A stretch of DNA of 64,000 nt, from contig CBDBGH010000003.1 of NCBI GenBank assembly GCA_965205265.1, positions 2,624,001-2,688,000 of the forward strand, read 5' to 3'. The DNA is from Alphaproteobacteria bacterium. GTDB lineage: Bacteria; Pseudomonadota; Alphaproteobacteria; Bin95. Positions 50,427 through 60,400 of the stretch are shown one piece after another (position 1 is the first letter of the stretch; each line of letters starts with the position of its first letter). Position numbers and translations under genes: made by a program. The notes under the pieces were generated by a model. It had not been told where the DNA came from. It did not search any database and saw only the letters and a list, made by a program, of their open reading frames with translations.

Positions 50427-51662
50427 ATGGATGCCGCGATCCGGACCGCCAGCGCGATGCCCGTGCAGGAAATGGGCACCGAAACCGACACGCGCGACTA
50501 TCTGGCCCATGCCCGCGCCCATGCGCGCAAGGCCGGCTATGCCGACTGGACCATCGTCGATATCGACGCCCACCATGTCGAGACCGTCCACTGGCACGAG
50601 ATCATCGACTATATCGAGGATCCGGTGCTGCGCCACCAGGCGACGATGTACCAGAAGGAGCGCATCGGCGCGCCGCCCTACGGGCTCAACGGCGATCTCG
50701 GCCTGCGCTACCAGGATGTCGGCGGGCGCATCCCGCACCAGTCCTCGCGGCGCGAGAAGGTGGACGAGCCGGGCGTGCATCTCGACGTGGCGCTGACGCG
50801 CCGGGCGATGGACGCGCTCTGCGTCGATTACATGGTGCTGTTCCCGACGCCGATGCTGTTCATCGGCATGCATCCGCAGGTGGAGATGGAGGCGGTGCTG
50901 TCGCACGCCTACAACCGCTGGCTGGCGGAGAACGTGCTTTCGGCCGAGGACGGCATCCTGTCGCTCGCCGTGCTGCCCTTCAACTCGCCGGACGCCGCCT
51001 GCCGCACGGTCGAGGAGTTCGGCGCCAACCCGAATGTGATCGGCTTCACCGTCACCTCGACCCGTTACAAGCCGGTCCATTCCAACGAGTATATGCGCCT
51101 CTACCGCATGATCGAGGAGACCGGAAAGCCCATCGCCTTCCATGCCGGCTACCACTGGCAGGACCCCTCGCTCGCCACCTGCAACAGCTTCCTCGGCATG
51201 CATGCGCTGGGCTTTGTGTGGTGCAATCTCGTCCACATGACCAACTGGGTGCTGAACGGCATTCCGGAGCGGTTCCCGAAGCTGAACAGCCTCTGGGTCG
51301 AGAGCGGGCTGTCCTGGGTCCCGTTCCTGATGCAGCGGCTCGACGACCAGTATCTGATGCGCCAGAGCGAGGCGCCGCTGCTGACGAAGATGCCGTCGGA
51401 CTACATGCGCGAGAGCTGCTTCTACACCTGCCAGCCGCTGGAGAAGAGCAGCGAGGTCGGTCTGAAGGCAACCCTGGAGATGATCAACGCCGAAACGCAG
51501 CTCCTCTACGCCTCGGACTGGCCGCATTTCGACTTCGACGCCCCGCGCGCGATCTACGACATCCCGTTCCTCACCGAAGACCAGAAGCGCAACATCCTCG
51601 GCCGCAACGCCGCCCGCCTGTTCAACCTGCCGAGCAAGGCGGGAGCGCGGAAGGCGGTGTAG
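50427..51662 (+). CDS. Amidohydrolase-2 fold protein, candidate dinuclear oxygenase
   Basis: DIDAH, LFPT, YNRWL, FHAG, GIPERFP, VESG..W, YASDWPHFD, ILG.NA. Confidence 0.85.
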   Translation: MDAAIRTASAMPVQEMGTETDTRDYLAHARAHARKAGYADWTIVDIDAHHVETVHWHEIIDYIEDPVLRHQATMYQKERIGAPPYGLNGDLGLRYQDVGGRIPHQSSRREKVDEPGVHLDVALTRRAMDALCVDYMVLFPTPMLFIGMHPQVEMEAVLSHAYNRWLAENVLSAEDGILSLAVLPFNSPDAACRTVEEFGANPNVIGFTVTSTRYKPVHSNEYMRLYRMIEETGKPIAFHAGYHWQDPSLATCNSFLGMHALGFVWCNLVHMTNWVLNGIPERFPKLNSLWVESGLSWVPFLMQRLDDQYLMRQSEAPLLTKMPSDYMRESCFYTCQPLEKSSEVGLKATLEMINAETQLLYASDWPHFDFDAPRAIYDIPFLTEDQKRNILGRNAARLFNLPSKAGARKAV

Positions 51663-51748
51663 TTCAAAAGGGACCGCACCTTCCGACCTGACCGGGAAGC
51701 TTGCGCCTTTTTGCGCCGGGCCCTCTCGTCGTCATGCCCGGAGGGACC

Positions 51749-51895
51749 GTGCTGCGCAGGGTGTTCGGTTGGAGCGTCGCAGCCATCGGGGGGCTCGCAG
51801 CCGCAGCGGCCCTCTCCTGCCTGCTTGAAATACCGCTGTTGAGCCGGGGCGCCTGCCTGTCGGTCGGGCTTCTCATCGGCGCCTGGATCGGCTGA
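51749..51895 (+). CDS. Possible small hydrophobic protein or gene remnant
   Basis: GGAGGG then GTG; 48 aa with two hydrophobic stretches; no family recognised. Confidence 0.25.
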   Translation: MLRRVFGWSVAAIGGLAAAAALSCLLEIPLLSRGACLSVGLLIGAWIG

Positions 51896-51920
51896 AGGCC
51901 GTCCGGGGAGGCGGGAGGGC

Positions 51921-52289
51921 TTACCGGCCCCTGCCCGCGGCCGTCGGCATGACCGCTCGTTCGATCAGGGCTTCGGCGAACTTTGCCGCCTCTTCGGGTT
52001 TCATCCTGTAGCAGTGGTCCTCGTCCGGGAACACTCCGGCGCGCACCTTTTCGGCATATTCGTCGAAGGCTTCGGTCGCGATTTCTCTGATATTGCCGTA
52101 GCGTTTGGCGAACTTCGGCTTGAACGTGTCGAAGGCGTCGATCAGGTCGTAGCCGGCGAGCGACTGGCAGGTGCCCGGCGAGCCGGCGCCGATCGAGAAA
52201 GTAAAGATGCTCACTGCCTCATCGACCGCCCTGCCGATCCCGTAGGGCACCGCCTCGATCTCGAGGCCGACGGCGCCGGCTTCGAGATA
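51921..52289 (-). pseudogene. panB: 5'-truncated ketopantoate hydroxymethyltransferase (PanB) remnant
   Basis: EAGA...EIEAVP, SIGAG, DL, KPKFAKRY, EY...VR.G.FPDEDH match the PanB C-terminal part; no N-terminal GDS/GHIG motifs upstream. Confidence 0.8.
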
Positions 52290-52379
52290 CGGGACTATCG
52301 AGACCCGGTACAGTCCGGCTGCGACAGACAGAGGGCGAGCCGGACGTCCCGGCATCGGCATACTCCGGGAACGGCACTA

Positions 52380-52421
52380 TTGACCTCGGTCAACGCCTGT
52401 ATCGGCCTTGCCTGATATTCT
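52380..52421 (+). promoter_or_regulatory. FNR/DNR/NarR-type box with class II promoter (original narK promoter)
   Basis: Palindrome TTGACC-TC-GGTCAA at 52380-52393; TG-n-TATTCT extended -10 at 52413-52421; spacing puts the box centre at -41.5 for a TSS near 52428. Confidence 0.75.
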
Positions 52422-52464
52422 TGCGGAAAGGGCCGAATACGCCGGTGTGAATTCGGGAGGCCTC
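52414..52464 (+). repeat. 51-bp target-site duplication, left copy
   Basis: GATATTCTTGCGGAAAGGGCCGAATACGCCGGTGTGAATTCGGGAGGCCTC, identical to 54379-54429. Confidence 0.92.
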
Positions 52465-54378
52465 CTGACTTCGACGGTTGGGCTGACTTCTGACCGATCT
52501 CGCGTCTGGAGTTTTCAGTAAAGCCAATGAGTTGGCAGTTGCGGTGCGGTCAAGCTGCGTTGTAGTGCCTAGTAAATCTTTGAGACTGTCAATGCCTCCG
52601 CCACGCGCTACACTCCCCCCATGTTCGTGCGCATCAAGACCTCCCCCAACAGCCCGCGACGCTCGGTCCAGATCGTCGAGGCCGTGCGCGACGGCGGCAA
52701 GGTCCGACAGCGCATCGTCCGCCATGTCGGCGTGGCCATGGACGAGGACGAGCTCGAGCGCCTGAGGCAGCTCGGCGAGTACGTCAAGGCGAAGCTGGAG
52801 GACGAGCGTCAGCCGGCATTGTTTGCGCCCGAGAAGATCGCTGAGCAGGCGATCCGTGTCGGCCGCCGGGGGGACGGCAAGGAGGAACTCCCGGTCGACC
52901 TCAAGCAGCTTGAAGAGGAGCAGCGCCTGATCACAGGCATCCACGAGGTCTATGGCGAGATCTACCGGCTGCTGGGCCTCGACGCGCTGCTGCCGCGCTC
53001 GCGCTACCGGGCCTCCCATGACGCGCTGTTCCATGTGGTGATGGCGCGGGTAGCCAACCCCGACAGCAAGCGGGGCAGCGTGCGCCGGCTCGAGGAGGAC
53101 TTCGGCGTGAGTCTTCCGCTCGAGAAGGTCTACCGGATGATGGATCAGCTCGACGCGACGGTGATCGAGCGACTGCGCACGCGCGTCGGCGAGGCGAGCC
53201 GGTCGCTGCTGCCGGAGCCGGTCGCGATCCTCTTCTTCGATTGCACCACGCTCTACTTCGAGACGGCCGCCGAGGACGAGCTTCGCCAGCACGGCTTCAG
53301 CAAGGACGGCAAACACAAGGACTCGCAGGTTCTGCTGGCGCTGATGGTGACGCGCGAAGGGCTGCCGATCAGCTACGAGGTCTTCCCCGGCGCCACCTAC
53401 GAGGGACACAGCATGGTCCCGGTCCTGCAGGACATGCAGCGCCGCCACCAGGTGGAGCGCACGGTATGCGTGGCCGACCGGGGCATGCTGAGCGCCGACA
53501 ACCTCGACGCCATGGACGCCATCGGCGGCGAGTATGTCGTCGGCGCGCGGCTGCGCAAGCTGCCGCTCGCGCTGCTGGGGCAGGTTCTCGACCCCGGGAC
53601 CTATGCCCCGCTGGAGGGCTCACAGGACCGCCGGGTCGGCGAGTGGGAGTACAAGGGCCGTCGCCTGATCGTCGTCTTCTGCCCCCAGCGCGCACGCAAG
53701 GACGCGCACGAGCGCCGCCATCAGGTGGAACGCCTGCTCGACAGGCTGGCCCGCAGCGACAATCCCAGGGAACTGCTCTCCAATCACGGGGCGAAGCGCT
53801 TCATCGCCGTCGAGGGCGACGCACGGCTCACGGTGAACCCGGAGAAGATCGCCGAGGCCGCACGATGGGACGGGCTCACCGGCGTCATCACCAATCTGCG
53901 CGACGCGCGCGTCACCGAAGTGATGGCTCACTACCAGGGGCTCTGGCAGGTCGAGGAGAGCTTCCGGATCACCAAACACGACCTGAAGATACGTCCCATC
54001 TGGCACTGGAACCCGGACCGGATCCGCGCTCACATCGCCATCGCCTTCCTGGCCTTCGCCTGCGTTCGACACCTTGCGTACCGCGTCGCCATCCAGAAGC
54101 GGCGGATGTCCCCGGAGGTCATCCGCTCCGCCCTCGTCCACCGCCAGTGCTCCCTGCTGCGCTGTCGGCAATCGGGCAACCGCTACGTCATCCCCTCGAA
54201 GCCGACACCGGCGGCGGAGCAGATTTACGCAACCATGGGGCTGCCCCTGACGATCACCCCGTATCAACTCGCCTGACCGTCGACGAAGCACGGCTCGAAG
54301 AAATGCCGGATGTAGTGCCTAGCCGAAATGAGAACCAGGCAATATCAACTACTTATGCGAATCAACCGTCGAAGTCAG
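52465..54378 (+). mobile_element. IS1634-family insertion sequence, 1914 bp
   Basis: Perfect 16-bp terminal IRs CTGACTTCGACGGTTG / CAACCGTCGAAGTCAG; single DDE transposase; flanked by a long direct repeat. Confidence 0.92.
52621..54276 (+). CDS. IS1634-family DDE transposase
   Basis: N-terminal QIVEAVR.GGKVRQR; FFDCTTLYFE (D), GFSKD, VADRGM (D), Y..LWQVEESFR..K (E), RPIWHW...RIRAH. Confidence 0.93.
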   Translation: MFVRIKTSPNSPRRSVQIVEAVRDGGKVRQRIVRHVGVAMDEDELERLRQLGEYVKAKLEDERQPALFAPEKIAEQAIRVGRRGDGKEELPVDLKQLEEEQRLITGIHEVYGEIYRLLGLDALLPRSRYRASHDALFHVVMARVANPDSKRGSVRRLEEDFGVSLPLEKVYRMMDQLDATVIERLRTRVGEASRSLLPEPVAILFFDCTTLYFETAAEDELRQHGFSKDGKHKDSQVLLALMVTREGLPISYEVFPGATYEGHSMVPVLQDMQRRHQVERTVCVADRGMLSADNLDAMDAIGGEYVVGARLRKLPLALLGQVLDPGTYAPLEGSQDRRVGEWEYKGRRLIVVFCPQRARKDAHERRHQVERLLDRLARSDNPRELLSNHGAKRFIAVEGDARLTVNPEKIAEAARWDGLTGVITNLRDARVTEVMAHYQGLWQVEESFRITKHDLKIRPIWHWNPDRIRAHIAIAFLAFACVRHLAYRVAIQKRRMSPEVIRSALVHRQCSLLRCRQSGNRYVIPSKPTPAAEQIYATMGLPLTITPYQLA

Positions 54379-54429
54379 GATATTCTTGCGGAAAGGGCCG
54401 AATACGCCGGTGTGAATTCGGGAGGCCTC
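54379..54429 (+). repeat. 51-bp target-site duplication, right copy; contains the narK RBS
   Basis: Identical to 52414-52464; includes GGGAGG 7 nt before ATG 54434. Confidence 0.92.
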
Positions 54430-54433
54430 ATTC

Positions 54434-55759
54434 ATGCATGACCTGGCGGAAGTCACCGACGGCAAACGCTATCGGGCTCTCGGCCTGAGCACCTTCGCTT
54501 TCACCGTATGTTTCGCCGTCTGGACGATCTTCTCGATCATCGGCGTGGATCTCCAGAAAAAGCTCGGATTCTCGGAAACGGAGTTCGGCATCCTGGTGGC
54601 CACGCCGGTGCTGACCGGCTCAATCAGCCGTATCTTCCTGGGCGTGTGGACCGAACAGTATGGCGGGCGCCTGGTCTTCACCGTGCAAATGCTGGCGACA
54701 GCGGTCGCCTGCTGGCTCCTGTCCGAAGTCGAGACCTACGAGGTGTTCCTGATCGCCGCGCTCGGCGTCGGGCTGGCCGGCGGTTCCTTCATCGTCGGCA
54801 TCGCCTACACCTCGCAATGGTTCGACAAGGACCGCCAGGGCACGGCGCTCGGCATTTTCGGGGTCGGCAATGTCGGCGCGGCGGTCACCAATTTCGGTGC
54901 GCCGTTCCTGGTTCTCGCATTCGGCTGGGAGCAGACCGCGCAGATTTACGCCGTCGTTCTGGCGCTTACCGCGGTGGGTTTCTACGTGCTGGCGAGGCCG
55001 GACCCGTCCGAGGTGGCGCGCAAGCGCGAAGGGCGCAAGCCGGTATCGACCGGAGAACAGCTTGCGCCCCTCAGGAACATGCAGGTCTGGCGCTTCGCCA
55101 CCTACTATTTCTTCGTGTTCGGCGGCTTCGTCGCGCTTGCCTCCTACCTGCCGCGCTTCTATGTCGGCGCTTACGACCTTTCACTCGCGACCGCAGGGAT
55201 GCTGGCGGCGGCTTATTCGATGCCCGGTTCGGTCTTCCGCGCGCTCGGTGGCTGGATGTCGGACAAGTGGGGCGCGCGCTTCGTCATGTATCTGACCTTC
55301 ATCGTGTCGCTCGCCTGCCTGTTCGCGATGAGCTACCCGCGCACCGACTACATCGTGCAGGGCATCGAAGGGCCGATCCGGTTCACCTTCGGGATCGGCC
55401 TGCCGCTCTTCGTTTTCCTCACCGTCCTGCTGGGCTTCGTGATGTCGCTCGGCAAGGCCGCCGTCTACAAGCATATCCCGGTCTACTACCCGCACCATGT
55501 CGGCTCGGTCGGCGGACTGGTCGGCATGATCGGCGGGCTCGGCGGGTTCGTGCTGCCGATCATGTTCGGCATCCTGAACGACTGGTTCGGCGTCTGGACG
55601 AGTTCCTTCATGCTGCTGTTCGCGATCGTATTGGTCAGCACCGTCTGGATGCATGTGGCGATCCGACTGATGGAGCGCCGCCGCCATCCGGCGCTGGCCG
55701 ACGAACGCTACCTCAGCGATGTCCCGGAGGAGCCGCAGCCGCCGCCTGCCAGGGCGTAA
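54434..55759 (+). CDS. narK: Nitrate/nitrite MFS transporter (NarK1-like)
   Basis: FAVWTIFSIIG, PVLTGS..R, GLAGGSF, QGTALGIFG.GN, G..GMIGGLGGF. Confidence 0.92.
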   Translation: MHDLAEVTDGKRYRALGLSTFAFTVCFAVWTIFSIIGVDLQKKLGFSETEFGILVATPVLTGSISRIFLGVWTEQYGGRLVFTVQMLATAVACWLLSEVETYEVFLIAALGVGLAGGSFIVGIAYTSQWFDKDRQGTALGIFGVGNVGAAVTNFGAPFLVLAFGWEQTAQIYAVVLALTAVGFYVLARPDPSEVARKREGRKPVSTGEQLAPLRNMQVWRFATYYFFVFGGFVALASYLPRFYVGAYDLSLATAGMLAAAYSMPGSVFRALGGWMSDKWGARFVMYLTFIVSLACLFAMSYPRTDYIVQGIEGPIRFTFGIGLPLFVFLTVLLGFVMSLGKAAVYKHIPVYYPHHVGSVGGLVGMIGGLGGFVLPIMFGILNDWFGVWTSSFMLLFAIVLVSTVWMHVAIRLMERRRHPALADERYLSDVPEEPQPPPARA

Positions 55760-55811
55760 CGGGCCGCTTCCGCCAGCGGAGGCGCGGGGCCCGGTCGGAA
55801 AAGGGGAAGAG

Positions 55812-57419
55812 ATGGCCAGAAACCTGACGAGATGGGACCCGGAAGACGAGACGTTCTGGAACGCGGAGGGCAAGCGCACCGCCACGCGCAATCTCTGGAT
55901 CTCCATTCCCTGTCTGCTCTGCGGCTTCGCGGTCTGGCTCTACTGGGGGATCATCACCGTCCAGATGATCAACCTGAAGTTCCCCTTCAGCCAGGCGGAG
56001 CTCTTCACCCTTGCCGCCATCGCCGGGCTGAGCGGCGCGACCCTGCGCATCCCCTCTTCCTTCTTCATCCGCATCGCCGGCGGGCGCAACACGATCTTCC
56101 TGACGACAAGCCTGCTCATCATCCCCGCGGCGGGAACCGGCATCCTGCTGCAGGACCCGGAGACGCCGCTCTGGCAGTTCCAGATCATGGCGCTGCTCTC
56201 CGGGTTCGGGGGCGGCAATTTCGCCTCCTCGATGTCCAACATCTCCTTCTTCTTCCCGAAGAACGTGCAGGGCTATTCGCTCGGCATGAACGCCGGGCTC
56301 GGCAATTTCGGCGTCACCACCATGCAGATCCTGGTGCCGCTGGTGATGACGGTGGGCATCTTCGGCGGCTCGGCGCTCATTCTGGAAAACAGCTCCGGCA
56401 CGCTGGTCGGCAAGATTCCGGCAGGCACGGAAACCTATATCCACAATGCCGGCTATATCTGGGTCGCCATCCTGGTGCCGCTCGTGATTGCCGCCTGGTT
56501 CGGCATGAACAACATCACCGCGGAGCATGTCTCGCCCGGCCTCGGCTCCACGGCCGGGGCCTTCGGCAAGGTCCTCGGCATGCTGGCCATCGGCCTCGTC
56601 ACCGCGGCCATCGGGCTCTGGCTCCTGCTGCCGGAGAAGGCCGGCGGCTCCGGGCTGGAGCTCAGCAAGTGGATCGTGCTGCCGCTTGTCATCGCGGCCA
56701 CGGTCTTCGCGCTCAGGCTCATCCCCGGGCCGATACGCCAGAGCCTCGACCAGCAATATGCGATCTTCAGGAACAAGCACACCTGGGCGATGACGGTCAT
56801 CTACACCATGACCTTCGGCTCCTTCATCGGCTACGCCGCCGCCTTCGGCCTCGCGATCAAGGTCGTGTTCGGCTTCCAGCATATCGAGGTGGACGGCGTC
56901 ATGACCCACACGACCGTCAACCCCAACGGGCCGAGCGCGCTGATGTATGCCTGGACCGGCCCCTTCATCGGCGCGCTGATCCGCCCCATCGGCGGCATGA
57001 TCTCCGACCGCCTGGGCGGGGCCCTGGTGACGCAGATTATCTCGGTCGTCATGGTCGTCTGCGCGCTCGGCGTCGCCTATTTCCTGTCGCTCGCCTATGC
57101 GTCGGAAACGCCGGAAGACTATTTCCTGCCGTTCCTGCTCCTGTTCCTGGTGCTGTTCGCCGCCACCGGGATCGGCAACGGCTCGACCTTCCGCACGATC
57201 GCCATCGTCTTCGACAGGGTGCAGGCCGGCCCCGTTCTCGGCTGGACGTCGGCCGTCGCCGCCTACGGGGCCTTCATCATCCCCAAGGTGTTCGGCGAGC
57301 AGATCAAGGCGACGACGCCCGAATATGCGCTTTACGGATTCGCGGCCTTCTACATAGTCTGCATCGGCATCAATTGGTGGTTCTACCTGCGCAAGAACGC
57401 CTATGTGAAGAACCCGTGA
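55812..57419 (+). CDS. narK: Nitrate/nitrite antiporter (NarK2-like)
   Basis: [46 protein letters not shown]. Confidence 0.92.
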   Translation: MARNLTRWDPEDETFWNAEGKRTATRNLWISIPCLLCGFAVWLYWGIITVQMINLKFPFSQAELFTLAAIAGLSGATLRIPSSFFIRIAGGRNTIFLTTSLLIIPAAGTGILLQDPETPLWQFQIMALLSGFGGGNFASSMSNISFFFPKNVQGYSLGMNAGLGNFGVTTMQILVPLVMTVGIFGGSALILENSSGTLVGKIPAGTETYIHNAGYIWVAILVPLVIAAWFGMNNITAEHVSPGLGSTAGAFGKVLGMLAIGLVTAAIGLWLLLPEKAGGSGLELSKWIVLPLVIAATVFALRLIPGPIRQSLDQQYAIFRNKHTWAMTVIYTMTFGSFIGYAAAFGLAIKVVFGFQHIEVDGVMTHTTVNPNGPSALMYAWTGPFIGALIRPIGGMISDRLGGALVTQIISVVMVVCALGVAYFLSLAYASETPEDYFLPFLLLFLVLFAATGIGNGSTFRTIAIVFDRVQAGPVLGWTSAVAAYGAFIIPKVFGEQIKATTPEYALYGFAAFYIVCIGINWWFYLRKNAYVKNP

Positions 57420-57432
57420 GGAGACCGGACCG

Positions 57433-60400
57433 ATGAGCCATTTCCTGGACCGGCTGACCTTCTTCCGCAAGACCGTGGACACCTTCGCGGACGGCCACGG
57501 CATCGTCACCAACGAGGACCGCGGCTGGGAGGACGCCTACCGGGCGCGCTGGCAGCACGACAAGGTGGTCCGCTCCACCCACGGCGTGAACTGCACGGGC
57601 TCTTGCAGCTGGCAGATCTATGTCAAGGGCGGGATCATCACCTGGGAGACGCAGCAGACCGATTATCCGCGCACCCGCCCGGACCTGCCGAATCACGAAC
57701 CGCGCGGCTGCTCGCGCGGCGCCAGCTATTCCTGGTACATCTACAGCGCCAACCGGCTGAAATACCCGCTGGTGCGCAGCCGGCTCGTCCGCCACTGGCG
57801 CGAGGCGCGCAGGACCATGGCGCCCGTCGCCGCCTGGGCATCCATCGTCGAGGACGAGGCGAAGCGGCGGGACTACCAGCGGGTGCGGGGGCTCGGCGGC
57901 TTCGTGCGCTCCGACTGAGAGGAAGTGAACGAGATCGTCGCCGCGGCCAACGTCTATACCATCAAGACCCACGGGCCCGACCGCGTCATCGGCTTCTCGC
58001 CCATCCCGGCCATGTCGATGGTCTCCTACGCCGCGGGCTCGCGCTACCTGTCGCTGATCGGCGGCGTGTGCATGAGCTTCTACGATTGGTATTGCGACCT
58101 GCCGCCCTCCAGCCCGCAGACCTGGGGCGAACAGACCGACGTGCCGGAGAGCGCGGACTGGTACAACTCCACCTTCCTGATGATGTGGGGCTCGAACGTG
58201 CCGCAGACGCGCACGCCCGACGCCCATTTCATGACCGAGGTCCGCTACAAGGGCGCGACGACGGTGACGGTGACGCCCGACTACAGCGAGGCATCGAAAT
58301 TCGCCGACATCTGGCTCAACCCCAAGCAAGGGACCGATGCCGCGCTCGCATTGGCGATGGGCCATGTGATCCTCAAGGAATGGCATCTCGCGGGCCGGAG
58401 CCCCTATTTCGAGGACTATTGCCGGCGCTATACCGACATGCCGTTCCTGGTGAGGCTGCGGGAGGCGGATGGCGGGTATGTGCCGGACAGGATGCTGCGC
58501 GCCTCCGACCTGCCCGGCGCTCTGGGCCAGGCCAACAACCCCAAATGGAAGACCGTCGCCATCGACGAGAGGCAGAACGACGCGCTTGTCTGCCCCGTCG
58601 GGTCCATCGGCTTCCGCTGGGGCGAGGCCGGCAAGTGGAACATCGAGGAGAAGGACGGCGGGGACGGCGCGGAGACCCGGCTCAGGCTCAGCCTCATCGA
58701 CATAAGGGACGAAGCCGCACCGGTCGGCTTCCCCTATTTCGGCAATGCAAAGCACGACCATTTCACCGGCACCGACCATGACGACGTGCTGTGGCGCAAC
58801 GTGCCGGTGAAGAAGGTCGACACCGCGGACGGCGAAGTGCCGGTCGCCACGGTCTACGACCTGTTCATCGCCAACTACGGGCTCGACCGCGGACTCGGCG
58901 GGGAAAACACGGCGGCGGGCTATGACGACGACGTGCCCTACACGCCGGCATGGCAGGAGCGCATCACCGGGGTCGCGCGCGACAAGGTCGTCGCGGTCGC
59001 GCGGCAGTTCGCGGACAATGCGCACAAGACCGAGGGCCGCTCGATTGTCATTGTCGGGGCCGCGCTCAACCACTGGTACCATATGGACATGATCTACCGC
59101 AGCATCATCAACATGCTGGTGATGTGCGGGTGCGTCGGCAAGTCGGGCGGCGGCTGGTCGCATTATGTCGGGCAGGAGAAGCTGCGCCCCCAGACCGGCT
59201 GGCTGCCGCTCGCCTTCGCGCTGGACTGGAACCGCCCGCCGCGGCAGATGAACAGCACCTCGTTCTGGTACAGCCACACCGACCAGTGGCGCTACGAGAA
59301 GCTCGCGGTGGACGAGATCGTCTCGCCGCTCGCACCCGAGGGCGACTGGGAATCCCTCAGCCTGATCGACTTCAATGTCCGCTCGGAGCGCATGGGCTGG
59401 CTGCCGTCGGCCCCGCAGCTCGCGACCAACCCGCTGGAGGTGACGCGGGCCGCCGGCGAGGGCGATCCGGTCGCGACGGCCGTCGCCGGGCTCCGGGACG
59501 GCTCGCTGCAAATGTCCTGCGAGGACCCCGACGACCCGAGGAACTGGCCGCGCAACCTGTTCGTCTGGCGTTCCAACCTGCTCGGCTCCAGCGGCAAGGG
59601 CCACGAATATTTCCTGAAACACCTGCTCGGCACCCAGCACGGCGTGCAGGGCAAGGAGCTCGGCGAGACAGGGGACAGGAAACCGGCCGAGGTCGCGTGG
59701 CGCGACGAGGCGCCGGAAGGCAAGCTCGACCTGCTGGTCACGCTCGACTTCCGCATGTCCACCACCTGCCTCTATTCCGACATCGTGCTGCCGACGGCGA
59801 CCTGGTACGAGAAGAACGACCTCAACACCTCCGATATGCACCCCTTCATCCACCCGCTCTCGGCCGCGGTGGACCCGGTATGGGAGTCCCGGAGCGACTG
59901 GGAGATCTTCAAGGGAATCGCAAAGACGTTCTCGGAGGTTGCGGAAGGCGAGCTCGGCGTCGAGCGCGACCTCGTGCTGGCGCCGACGCTCCATGACACG
60001 CCGACGGAACTGGCGCAGCCGACGGAGGTCAGGGACTGGAAGAAGGGCGAGTGCGAGCCCGTCCCCGGCAGGACCATGCCGGGCATGGTCGTGGTCGAAC
60101 GCGACTATCCGAGCACCTACAGGAAATTCACAGCCCTCGGCCCGCTCATGTCCAAAGCGGGCAACGGCGGCAAGGGTATCTCCTGGAACACGGAGGACGA
60201 GGTCGAGTTCCTCAAGCGGCTGAACGGCGAGGTGCGCGAAGAAGGCGTCTCGAAGGGCCTCCCGAAGATCGAGACCGACATCGACGCGACCGAGGTCGTG
60301 CTGGCGCTGGCGCCCGAAACCAACGGACATGTCGCCGTCAAGGCCTGGGCCGCGCTCGGCAAGGCCACCGGGCGCGACCACGAGCATCTGGCGGCGGCGC

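Noticed and set aside
51921-52361. 146-aa ORF as an intact gene
   Set aside because: The first ~24 codons show no PanB similarity and the catalytic N-terminal half is missing, so it is treated as a remnant.
52414-54429. 51-bp direct repeats read as prophage/integrative-element att sites or CRISPR repeats
   Set aside because: There are only two copies, directly abutting IS inverted repeats around a DDE transposase. No integrase, tRNA or cas gene is present.
57916-57918. Alternative genetic code (TGA = Trp)
   Set aside because: Many neighbouring genes (narH, narJ, the second narK, fdh genes) end at TGA at their expected lengths, and Trp is TGG elsewhere.
57916-57960. Selenocysteine recoding of the narG TGA
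   Set aside because: The homologous residue is Trp, not Cys, and I see no convincing SECIS-like hairpin immediately downstream.
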